From assembly GCA_963766715.1 (NCBI GenBank), contig CAVYBH010000012.1:192001-256000 (forward strand): a DNA stretch of 64,000 bases, in the 5' to 3' direction. Below are positions 21,595 through 32,974 of the stretch, in pieces. This stretch comes from an uncultured delta proteobacterium. GTDB taxonomy: Bacteria; Myxococcota; Myxococcia; Myxococcales; Anaeromyxobacteraceae. Made by a program: the position numbers and the translations under genes. Under the pieces are notes generated by a model. That model did no database searches and was not told the DNA's origin. It worked only from the letters and a program-made list of their open reading frames with translations. Positions within the stretch are counted from its first letter, which is position 1. Every line of letters starts with the position of its first letter.

Positions 21595-23016
21595 GTTCCC
21601 TCCACGATGAGGCGGCCCAGGATGGCTCGCTGCCGGGCGAGCTCGAACTGGCCCAGGGCGAGCCCGATCTCGGCGTTCGTCCGGAGCGCCTCGGCGTCGG
21701 TGAGCTCGACGATGGTGGCCAGGCCGGCCCGGAACCGGGCGTCGGCCTGCGCCGAGTTGGCGACGGCCGCCTCGACCTCGCGCTGGAGCGCCGCGATGGC
21801 CTTCCGGGCGGCGTCGACGCCCACCCAGGCGCGCTGCACGGACGCCGTCTGCCCCTGGCGGACGAACTCCAGCTCCGCCCGCCGGACCTCCTCGCGCTGC
21901 CGGGAGGCGTCGACCCGCTTCCAGGTCACCCAGTCGAAGATGGGGATGCGGAGCACGAGGGCGACGTCCCAGTTCGGGACGTCCGGGAGCCAGCCGCCGT
22001 GCGGAGCCGCCGCGTCGCGCGGCAGGGCGGGCGGCGCGCCGCCCTCGCGCCCGGAGAAGCTGCCGCTGAGGAGGAGGGTGGGGCGCAGCGAGGCGGAGAT
22101 CGACTCGGTCACCGCCTCCTGGGTGCGAACCTGCGCCGCGGCGGCGCGGACGACCGGGTCGCGGGTCGCCGCCATCTCGATGGAGACCTGGAGCGAAGGC
22201 AAGGTGGTGACGGGCGGAGGGGCCCCGGACGCGTCCAGCCGCTCCTCCGGGATGCCCACCGCGGCCGCCAGCGCGGCCTGGGCGGCGAGGAGCCCGCCCT
22301 TCTGCCCGGACCCGGCCGACGTCGTAGCGCGCCACGTCGGCCTCGGCGCGGGTCAGGTCGAGCGGAGGGCGCAGGCCCGCCTTCACGCCGGCGCCCGCCT
22401 GGTCGCGGTGCACGGTCGCTCTCCGGTAGGCCTCCTCCGAGGCCTGGAGCACGTTGCGGGCGGCCTGGACGGCGAAGAAGCTCTCCTCGACGCCGAGCGA
22501 CGACGAGGAGGAGCTGCGCCTCGGCGCCGAGCTTCTGGTACTCGACGACGGCATCGTCGACGGAGGCCTGGGCGGCGATGCGTCCGAAGTCGAAGACCTG
22601 CTGGGTCACGCCCACGCCCGCCAGGGTCGACGGCGTACGGGTCGAGAGAGCCCGTGGCCGTGACCGGCGTTCCGCCGATTCGAGGGAGGTCCACGCCTGC
22701 CGAGTTGAAGTACGAGGCGGTGGTGTTGTTGGCGGTGCCGCCGAGCAACTGGGCCGTCGCTCCGACGTACGGGAACCACTGCGCCCGGGTGGCGCGGGCG
22801 TCGGCCTCGCTGGCCTTGATCCGGGCGAGCGCGGCGGTCACGGCCGGCTGGTGCTCCCGCGCGTAGGCGAGGGCGTCGGGAAGCGTCATGGACCGGACGT
22901 TCGCGCCTGGCTCGGCGGCGCGCGCCGGAGGGGCGCCAGCGACGGCGAGCGGGAGTGCGAGAAGGCACCACTTCGGCAGCGCGAAGTGCGCGCGTGACGG
23001 AGGTGGACTCGTTCAT
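21591..23016 (-). CDS. TolC-family outer membrane protein (several frameshifts)
   Basis: TLPDALAYAREH, QQVFDFG, IPIFD, ARFRAGLATIVELTDAE. Confidence 0.85.
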
Positions 23017-23029
23017 CGAAGCCGGGACA

Positions 23030-23047
23030 AAGCACGCCACGAGCCAA
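23030..23047 (-). promoter_or_regulatory. Sigma54 (-24/-12) promoter of the tolC-MFP-RND operon
   Basis: TTGGCTCGTGGCGTGCTT: GG-N10-GC with TGGC..TGC context. Confidence 0.7.
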
Positions 23048-23103
23048 GGGAATCGGGCTCTTCATTCCAGGGAGTTGAGCAAATCCGCCTCCGGCGAGGT
23101 TCG

Positions 23104-23135
23104 GGAAATTTTCCGGTGCGATGCGGAATATTTCC
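23104..23135. promoter_or_regulatory. Tandem palindromic upstream activator sites
   Basis: GGAAATTTTCC (23104-23114) and GGAATATTTCC (23125-23135), 21 bp apart, AT-rich in a GC-rich background. Confidence 0.65.
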
Positions 23136-23256
23136 GTTACGTTCGCCGGAGACCCGTCCGTGTCCTGCGCCATCTCGGGGCCTTGGCGCCATCGACCTCC
23201 GCGGTCTGCTTCTTGCTGGATGCGCCCGAGGCCCATGAGGTACGCGCTCGTCATGG

Positions 23257-24637
23257 ATGCAAAGGCGGCCCGGCGGGAGTTCGCCGGCGAGGGCGGGCCG
23301 GCGCGCGCTTCGCGTGCCCTGGCTCGCGCTGGCCATGGTCGCCGCCGTGTGCGCCGTCGGAGGCGCCGCCTACTGGGACGAGGAACGCGAGTCGGCGGCG
23401 GCCCTGGAGGATTTCGCCCAGGAGCAGTCGACGCTCGCCCGGAGCGTCGCCGCCACCATCCAGTCGCGGCTCGCGGCGGAGGCCGGACGGCGACGGCGAC
23501 CCTCGGGCCGTTCTCGCCAGGGGGCTCGGGGACCTGGAGCGGCCCGGCGCCCTGCTGGTGCTGCTCCTGCCGCCGTCGGGAAGCCGGCTCCAGGCGTCCG
23601 ACGGACGCACGCTTTCGTCCCAGCCCATCCTCGACGCGATGGCGAAAGGGGACCTGGCCGTTCGACTCCCCCCGCCCGAGGCCGCGGAGCTCGGGCTCCC
23701 GCGGCGGACCGCCGTCGCCGGCCTCGCGTGGATCGACGGTGGAGCCCGGGGCCGATGGGGCGTGGCGGTCGTCGCCAATGCCGAGCGGCTCCGGGACCGC
23801 GAGCGACGGGCGCGGCTTCGCCTCGTGCTCGCCACGGTGCTCGCGGGCGGACTCGTCCTCACGTTCGGCGGCAGCGCCCTGCGGCGGCAGCGGAAGGAGC
23901 TGGAGCTCGAGCGGGAGCTCGCCATCGCAGCGCTCCAGCGCCGACGGGACGAGCGGCTCGAGCGTGCCGACCGGGCCGCCACCCTGGGGACCTTCGCCAT
24001 GGGCATCGCCCACGAGATCTCCACGCCCCTCGGCGTCATCGCGGGGCGGGCGGAGCAGCTCCTGCCGGGCGTGCAGGCGGACGAGAGGGCGGAGCGCTCC
24101 GTGCGCGCCATCCTCGACCAGACCGACCGGATCCACCAGGTCATCCGGGCCTTCCTGGGGCTGGTGCGCGGCGACGCGCCGACGGCCCTCGATCTCGGCG
24201 CCGGCCGACATCGCCTCGCGCGCGCTGGCGCTCTGCGAGCACCGGTTCACCCGGGCCGGCGTGGCGCTCGTCGGCGACCTGCCGGAGGGGCTTCCGCAGG
24301 TCCGCGGGGACCCGAGCCTCCTCGAGCACGCGCTCGTGAACCTGCTGCTCAACGCCTGCGACGCCTGCGAGCGCGGCGGCAAGGTCCAGCTCGCCATCGA
24401 GGGAGGGCCGACGGTCGCGTTCGTCATCTCCGACGACGGGATCGGGATCACCAGCGCCGATGCCCTCCGCGCGGTGGAGCCCTTCTTCACGACCAAGTCG
24501 AGCGGGAAGGGGACCGGCCTCGGGCTGGCGATCGTCACCGAGATCGCCAAGCACCATCGCGGCAGCCTGACGCTCTCCCCGCGCAAGCCGCACGGGACCG
24601 TCGCCAGGCTCGAGATTCCCGCCTCGCGGGGGCAGGC

Positions 24638-24641
<4 letters not shown>
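23257..24641 (+). CDS. Membrane sensor histidine kinase (frameshifts near 23490 and 24200)
   Basis: Two TM segments, H-box GIAHEISTPL, N-box NLLLNACDA, DDGIG, PFFTTK, GTGLGL. Confidence 0.88.
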
Positions 24642-26005
<1,364 letters not shown>

Positions 26006-26164
26006 AATCGGGCCGCCGGCCGTCCGGGAACCGGGAGATCCGGGGCACCCCGCCGATTCGCCCGAATCGTTTTCCTCGTCGCCACGGGACCGTCACACTC
26101 GCCCGTCAGGTTGCGTCGCCAAGGAATCAACCGAACCGAACTCTTGAAAGCAGGTGGAGGACAC

Positions 26165-27664
26165 ATGCGAAATTGGATTCGAGGCGCGGCGCTCCTGGCG
26201 GCGCTCACGGCGAGCGTCCCGGCGCTCGCGCAGGGCGCTGCGACGGGCACGGCTTCGTCGCCGCCCCCGAAGACGGCCCTTCAGCTGATGCTCCAGAAGG
26301 GCGTCATCACCCAGGCCGAGTACGACGCGGCAATCGCGGCGCCGGCTGCCACCGAGGTCATCAAGGAGGTCCGCGAGACGGTCGTCGTCCAGGAGTCCCC
26401 GAAGCTCAACCCGCCGCCGGTCACGAGCAAGTGGAACGCGACGATGTACGGCTTCATCGAGGCCGACTTCATCTACGACTCGACCCAGAGCTTCGCCGAC
26501 CTCGCCGGGAACGGGGTCATCGCGGCGAATGGCTACGCCGCGAAGAATCACCGGCTGCAGTTCAGCGTCCGCAACACCCGCCTCGGCTTCCGCTTCGCCG
26601 CCCCCGAGTGGGGGAGCGTGAAGTCGACGGCCGTCCTGGAGATGGACTTCTTCGGCAACCAGCCGAGCAACCCGCCGCCGGCGGCGGGCTCCCTCGTGTC
26701 GGAGGGCCGGCTTCTTCAACAACCCGGGCATGCGCATCCGCCACGCCTACATGAAGCTGGAGTCGCCGATCGTGGACTTCCTCTTCGGCCAGACCTGGGA
26801 GCTCTTCGGCTGGCAGTCTACTTCCACCCGAACACCGTCGACCTCCAGGGCGTGCCGGCCAGGTCTACTCGCGCACCATCCAGGCCCGCGTGTCGAAGAC
26901 CATCAGAGCGACCCGGTCAACGTGGAGATCGCCATCGCCGCTTCGCGTCCCCCGCAGCGTGACTCGTACGTTCCGGACGTCCAGGCCGGCCTGAAGTTCA
27001 ACCTGAACAACTGGAAGGGCGTCGCCACCGCCGGCGGGACCGGGACGAGCTTCTTCCTGCCTCCCTCGCGGCTCCGGGACTGGCGCCGCTTCCAGGTGCA
27101 GGAGTCAACCCGCGACCGGGAACCCGAACGCCAGCGCCGTCGACCCGGCTGGGGCTACCGCTCGACGTCCTCCTGCCATCATCCCGGTCCATGACGGGAC
27201 CGCTCCAACGCCTGACCTTCACGGGTCGTTCGTGAACGGTTCGGGCATCAACGACCTTACACTGGGCTGAACGGCGGCCTGTCGGCAGACGGCGCCTCGG
27301 CTCCCGGCCACCGCGCACGGGCTACGTGCCGAACATCGACCCGGGCTACGTGGTGTTCCCGCAGAACGGGAAGCTCAACACCATCAACTGGCGCTCGTTC
27401 ATCCTGGGCCTCCAGTACTACCTGCCGGACTCCGGTCGCGTCTGGGTCTCGGCGAACTACTCGAACATGTACTCGACAACATCCGCTGTACGCGAACCCG
27501 GCAACGATCTTCCAGCGCGCCCAACTCGCCGACGGCAACATGTTCTGGGACGCCACGAACGCCGTGCGGTTCGGCCTCGAGTACGCCTGGTTCTTCCAGA
27601 ACCGTCCGAACGGGGACCGGCCACGAACAACCGCGTCCAGTTCTCGGCGTACTACCTCTTCTAG
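26165..27664 (+). CDS. Outer membrane beta-barrel porin, DcaP-like (many indels after ~26700)
   Basis: Signal peptide, LQKGVITQAEYD, MYGFIEADF, NTRLGF, MRIRHAY, GQTW; C-terminal NNRVQFSAYYLF beta-signal. Confidence 0.7.
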
Positions 27665-27756
27665 GACGCCTCGGACCGGTCCGGAAGGGGTTGCTACACG
27701 GGGACCGGCCCGGGTGGGCCGTCCCGTCTCTCGCCTCCGGGAGGTAGCCATCGCGA

Positions 27757-28284
27757 ATGCGCTTCCCACGTCCTCGTCGCCGTCGGCATCGGGCGGTCCG
27801 CTACTTTCGGGCTGCGCGACCCTCCGAGGCCGCGGACAACGCGCGGTCGAGCGCGCTGCAGGCCGAGTTCGAGGAGCATCCCTTCCCGCAAGCGTGCGAC
27901 GGGCTCTGGCCCGATGCGCTCAGCGTGGCGGCGCGAGGCGGGCTTCGCGCTCTCATCGAAGGACAAGGCGCTCGTGGGCGAGATCCCGGACGGCTTGATG
28001 CGCAGGCGCATGTCGGCCGCGACCCAGACCTACCGGCTGCCAGGAGGGCGGCCTCGCGTCCTCGACGGACTGGAACCGGGAGAGCGGCACGCGGCTGCGG
28101 ATCACCGGCGACCCCGCCGGGGAGAACGCCTGCAAGGTCCGCTACGACGTCATCGCCGGTGGGGTCACCACCGCCGACGAGCAGGAGCTGGGCCCCGACT
28201 GGAGCTACGACCTCGATCTGCTGCAGGTGCGTGGATCCGGCGAAGGCCGCAGCGGTCGAGACGAAGCTCCCTGCGCCGCGGTGA
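27757..28284 (+). CDS. Hypothetical lipoprotein (frameshifted)
   Basis: CTA CTT TCG GGC TGC GCG ACC = LLSGCAT lipobox at ~27801; fragments in several frames. Confidence 0.45.
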   Translation: MRFPRPRRRRHRAVRYFRAARPSEAADNARSSALQAEFEEHPFPQACDGLWPDALSVAARGGLRALIEGQGARGRDPGRLDAQAHVGRDPDLPAARRAASRPRRTGTGRAARGCGSPATPPGRTPARSATTSSPVGSPPPTSRSWAPTGATTSICCRCVDPAKAAAVETKLPAPR

Positions 28285-28290
28285 CCGAGG

Positions 28291-30683
28291 TCAGCGCCGG
28301 AGCGGACCACCGTCACGGCGTCTCCGCCCTCGTGCGACTCCCCTCGGCGGAAGGAGCCCACGTAGGGGGAGGCGCCCAGGTGGTCGCGAAGCGCCTGCTT
28401 CAGCGCGCCCGTGCCATGGCCGTGGAGGATGGACGCATCGGCCGCGCCCTCCGCGTAGAGCCGGTCGAGGAAGGCGTCCACCTCGCGGAGCAGGTCGTCG
28501 ACGCGCATCCCCCGCACGTCGAGCCGCCGCTCGCCCGAGGTGAGCGCCGCGGGGCGGGCCCCTTCCGCCTCGCGGAGCCGCTCGTCCCGCGCCCGCGCGA
28601 GCTTCGCCGGCGCTGGCTTCCCGCGCAGGGGCAGGAGGTCGGCCATCGGGCGGCGCATCTTCAGCCCGCCGAGCCGGATGACGGCCTCGTCGCCCGAGAT
28701 CTCGAGCACCTCTCCCTCCTGACCCAGCGAGGCGACGCGGACGCGGGCGCCGGGCTCGACCACGCCGCCGGGAGCGGCCTCCGGAGCTGCGGCCGCCTGC
28801 GAGCCTGCCACGCGGGACGCCTTCTCCATGGCCGCGGACCAGGATTCGAGCTGGCGTGCGGCCTCGGTCGCCTTCCTCACGGTCGGGGCGGACTGCAGGC
28901 TGGCGAGGACGCGGCGGACCTCGTCGCGCGCCTCCTCGACCTCCTCGGCCAGCGACGCGGCCACCCGGGCGGCGGCCTCCTTCTCGGCGCGGAACGCGGA
29001 TTCCTCGCGACGCCGGGCCGCCTCCTCGCGCTGGCGGGCCGCCTCGGCCTCCCGCGCGAGGTCGGCGCGCTGGGCCTCCAGGCGGGATCGCTCGTCCGAG
29101 AGCGCGCGCAGCGCCTCGCCGAGCGCACCGCCGCGCCCGGACAGGGAGGCCCGCGCCCGCTCGATCAGGGACTCGGGCAGGCCGACGCGACGGGCCACCT
29201 CGATGGCGGACGAGCTTCCCGGGCTGCCCAGGTGCAGCTGGAAGGTGGGGGCGAGCCTCTCCGGATCGAATCCGACGCGGGCGTTCGCGAAGCGGTCGTC
29301 GGACAGGGCCAGCGCCTTCAGCTCGTCGAGGTGCGTGGTGACGAGCACGTGGGCGCCGCGATCGAGCAGGTCCTCCAGGATGGCCGACGCGAGCGCCGAC
29401 CCTTCGCGCGGGTCGGTGTCCGCCGCGATCTCGTCCACCAGCACCAGCGACGCGGGGCCGGCGGCGGCGGCGATGTCGCGCACCGCCGTCAGGTGTGCGG
29501 TGAAGGTGGAGAGGTCGCGGGCCAGGTCCCCGTGCTCCTCCACCGCGGCCCGGACGGCGCCGTAGAAGGGAAGGCGGGAGCCGCGCCCGGCAGGGACGGG
29601 CAGCCCCGCGCGCAGCATGAGGGCGGAGAGCCCCACGGCGGTGATGGCCACGGTCTTCCCGCCGCCGTTCGGCCCGGAGACCACCAGCGCCCGGTGCGGG
29701 GGCTCGAGCCGGACGTCGCTCGCCACGACCTTCTTGTCCTGGAGCACCAGGATGGGGTGGCGCAGGTCGCGCAGGGAGAACCCGTCCGCCGGCGTGACGA
29801 CCTCGGGGGCCGATGCGTCCAGGTCGGAGGCCAGCCGCGCCTCGGCCTCCAGCAGGTCGAGGGCGGAGAGGATCGACAGGTCGCGCTGCAGGTCGGCGGC
29901 GCGGGCCGTCACGCCCTCCGAGAGGTCGCGCAGGATCCGCTCCTCCTCCTCGGCGGCCATCGCGCTCGCGATGGCGAGCTCGTTTCCCAGCTCGACCATC
30001 CCCTCCGGCTCGACGAAGAGGGTCTGCCCGGACTGCGAGGCGTTGTGGACGATGCCGGGGACGGCCGAGCGGGAGCTGGCCAGGATCGGCAGCACGTAGC
30101 GGTCGTTTCGGATGGTGAAGTAGGCGTCGCGCAGGTGGCGCGTCATCTCCTCGTCGACGAGCAGCGACTCGACCCTCGTCTTCAGGGCCTTGTGGAGCCC
30201 CCGGGACCGCTCGCGCAGGCGGGCGAGCTCCGGGCTGGCCCGCTCCGAGACGGAGCCCGCGGGCTCGATGGCGGCCTCGATCCGGTCGGCCAGGCGTCCC
30301 GCGTCGGACAGGGGCTCCGCCAGGGCCCAGAGGCGGGGGAGGTCCGGCGCGCGGGAGGAGAGGACCTTCCGGGTGCGGGCCGCGGAACGGGCCAGCGCGG
30401 CGACCTCCCGGAGCGCGAGCGGCTCGAGCACGCCGCCCTTGGTGGCGCGTTCCAGGCTCCCGGACGGATCGGCATCGGCCCCGATCGGGAGCGAGGTCTG
30501 GGACTCGGAGAGGGCACGGGCCTCGGCCAGCCGAGCCAGCGCGTCGCGGACCTCGGCGGGCAGGTCGAGGAAGGGAAGCGACGCGGCCATCGCGCGCCCG
30601 CCCGGTGTGCGGCACCGCGCGGCGAGCGCCTCGAGGATGCGCGGCCACCCCAGCTCTTCGAGCGTGCGCTCGAGTGCGCTCAA
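28291..30683 (-). CDS. mutS2: Endonuclease MutS2
   Basis: TTG start LSALERTLEELGW, GIVHNASQSGQT, SGPNGGGKT, LSTF, DEIAADTDP, C-terminal Smr IHGHGTG-like motif; last codons frameshifted. Confidence 0.92.
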
Positions 30684-31108
30684 CGAGCCTCCGGGGCGGG
30701 CCCCTGGAGCCGCAGCAGCACCCACGCGATGGCCAGGCTTCGCGGGATGCCGGTGGCGAGCGCCGCGATCACGGCGCCGGCGGGGGCGTCCAGCCACACC
30801 CAGGCGAGCAGTCCCTCCGCGAGGGCCCAGAAGCCCACCAGCCAGCCGGACAGGGCGAGGAGGCGGCGGGGAGCCTCGGGCGGCACGATCGAGAGCATGA
30901 GGAGGTCGATGGCGGCGAGCACCACCGACGCCATGGGGGCGAGCACCGCGGGCGAGACCATCCCGCGGATCATCTCCGGCATGTACGCGTGCAGGAGGTG
31001 GGGCGGGGCCAGCGCCGGGATCACCCAGCCGAGCCCGTCGAAGGCCAGGTTGGCCCCCCATGCGGCGAGGAAGAGGACGAAGGGCCCGGCTCGTTTCCCA
31101 GTCGACAT
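30680..31108 (-). CDS. Hypothetical membrane protein
   Basis: Four hydrophobic segments; stop overlaps the mutS2 start. Confidence 0.6.
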   Translation of the reverse strand: MSTGKRAGPFVLFLAAWGANLAFDGLGWVIPALAPPHLLHAYMPEMIRGMVSPAVLAPMASVVLAAIDLLMLSIVPPEAPRRLLALSGWLVGFWALAEGLLAWVWLDAPAGAVIAALATGIPRSLAIAWVLLRLQGPAPEAR

Positions 31109-31188
31109 GCCGTCTCGCACCCCCTCCGCGGCGCAGGAGTCTGCCACAGGTGGCCGCGAGTCGGGAAAGGCCGGTTAGAATGTCGGCC

Positions 31189-32406
31189 ATGGCGAGGCGG
31201 CGGACGGTCGAGGTGGTTCCGGGCCTGGAGGTGCTGGTGAAGAGCCGCTTCGCCCCGCTGCGGGGGATGCGGGTCGGCCTGATCTGCAACCCGACCTCGG
31301 TCGACCGGCGGTTGCGCCACGCCGCCGACCTGCTGGCCGGCGCGCACGGCGTTCGGCTCGCCGCGCTCTTCGGTCCCGAGCACGGCGTCCGGGGCGACGT
31401 GCAGTACATGGCCGCCGTGGGAGACGACCGGGACCGCGTCACCGGCCTCCCCGTTCACTCCTTGTACGGAGCGTCCCCGGAGTCGCTCCGCCCCCGCCGG
31501 TCGCAGCTCGAGGGGCTCGACGCGCTGGTCTTCGACGTCCAGGACGTCGGCGCCCGCTACTACACCTACCAGGCCACCATGATGCTGTGCATGGAGGCGG
31601 CCGCCGAGGCCGGGCTGCGCTTCGTGGTGCTCGATCGCCCCAACCCGGTGGGCGGCCTGGAGGTGGAGGGGCCCGCCCTTCGACGCGGGTTCGAGAGCTT
31701 CTGCGGCATGCACGATCTCGCGGTGCGGCACGGGATGACGGTGGGCGAGCTGGCCGCACTCTTCCGCGAGGAGCGGGCCCTCGATCTCGATCTGGCCGTG
31801 GTGCCCTGCGAGGGGTGGAAGCGGGGCATGCGGTTCCCGGAGACCGGGCTGCCCTGGGTGCTTCCTTCGCCCAACATGCCCACGGCGGAGACCGCGCTCC
31901 TCTACCCGGGGATGTGCCTGCTCGAGGGGACCAACCTCTCCGAGGGGAGGGGGACGACCCGACCCTTCCACCTCTTCGGCGCGCCCTGGCTGGACGGCAT
32001 GCAGCTGGCCGCGGACCTGGCGGCCGAGCGGCTGCCCGGCGTCCGCTTCCGCCCGGTCGGCTTCACCCCGACCTGGGACAAGCACGAGGGCCGGCTCTGC
32101 CACGGGGTGGAGGTCCACGTGCACGACGCCGAGGCCTTCCGTCCGTTCCGCACGGGACTCGCGTGCGTGGCCGTGGCGCGGGCCCAGGACCCCGATCGGT
32201 TCGCCTGGCGCACCGAGACCTACGAGTTCGTGGAGGGGGTCCCGGCCTTCGACCTGCTCTGCGGCTCCGACCGGGAACGGAAGGCCATCGAGGCGGGAGA
32301 TCGCTGGCGGGAGCTCGCCCGGGGCTTCTCCGCCGAGGAGCGCGCCTTCGCGCGGCGGCGGTCGCGTTTCCTCCGCTACGCCGGTCAGGGCAGGATGGCC
32401 GGATGA
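31189..32406 (+). CDS. namZ: Exo-beta-N-acetylmuramidase NamZ (DUF1343)
   Basis: LFGPEHG, FDVQDVGARYYTY, LDRPNP, PSPNMP, SEGRGTTRPF. Confidence 0.88.
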   Translation: MARRRTVEVVPGLEVLVKSRFAPLRGMRVGLICNPTSVDRRLRHAADLLAGAHGVRLAALFGPEHGVRGDVQYMAAVGDDRDRVTGLPVHSLYGASPESLRPRRSQLEGLDALVFDVQDVGARYYTYQATMMLCMEAAAEAGLRFVVLDRPNPVGGLEVEGPALRRGFESFCGMHDLAVRHGMTVGELAALFREERALDLDLAVVPCEGWKRGMRFPETGLPWVLPSPNMPTAETALLYPGMCLLEGTNLSEGRGTTRPFHLFGAPWLDGMQLAADLAAERLPGVRFRPVGFTPTWDKHEGRLCHGVEVHVHDAEAFRPFRTGLACVAVARAQDPDRFAWRTETYEFVEGVPAFDLLCGSDRERKAIEAGDRWRELARGFSAEERAFARRRSRFLRYAGQGRMAG

Positions 32407-32974
32407 GAGAGACCGCGATCCTGGGTGGCTCCTTCAACCCGCCCCACGTCGCCCACGTGATGGCCGCCTACTGGACGCTCGCCACGCAGGGGGTGAGCGA
32501 GGTCTGGATGATGCCGTCCTTCCGTCACCCTTCGGGAAGGCGCTCGCGCCGTTCGAGGACCGCGTCCGGATGTGCGAGCTGGCCGCGGCCCCGCTCCGGG
32601 GGCTCCACGTCTGCACCGCCGAGGCCGACCTGGCCGACGATCCGCTGGTGGGGAAGACGGCCCGGACGCTCGAGTACCTGGTGGAGAAGCACCCCGACCG
32701 GAAGTTCACGCTGGTGGTCGGAGCGGACATCGTGGCCGACACGCCCAAGTGGTACCGGTTCGATCGCGTCCGCGAGCTGGCTCGGGTCATCGTGGTCGGG
32801 CGAGCCGGCGAGGCCGCCTTCGCCGACGGGCCGGCGCTCCCGGACGTCTCGTCGACGGAGGTGCGCGAGCGGCTCCGCCGGGGCGAGGACGTGTCGGCGC
32901 TGGTGCCGACCCGCGTGCGCGAGTACATCCGCGAGCGCGGGCTGTACCGCGAGGAAACGCCGGCCGCGGGCTAG
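32403..32974 (+). CDS. nadD: Nicotinate-nucleotide adenylyltransferase (frameshift near 32530)
   Basis: GGSFNPPHVAH, VGAD, W, VSSTEVR, YIRERGLY. Confidence 0.9.

Noticed and set aside
26095..26116. Possible sigma54 promoter before the porin (TCGCCCGTCAGGTTGC)
   Set aside because: Lacks the invariant GG at -24 at the right spacing
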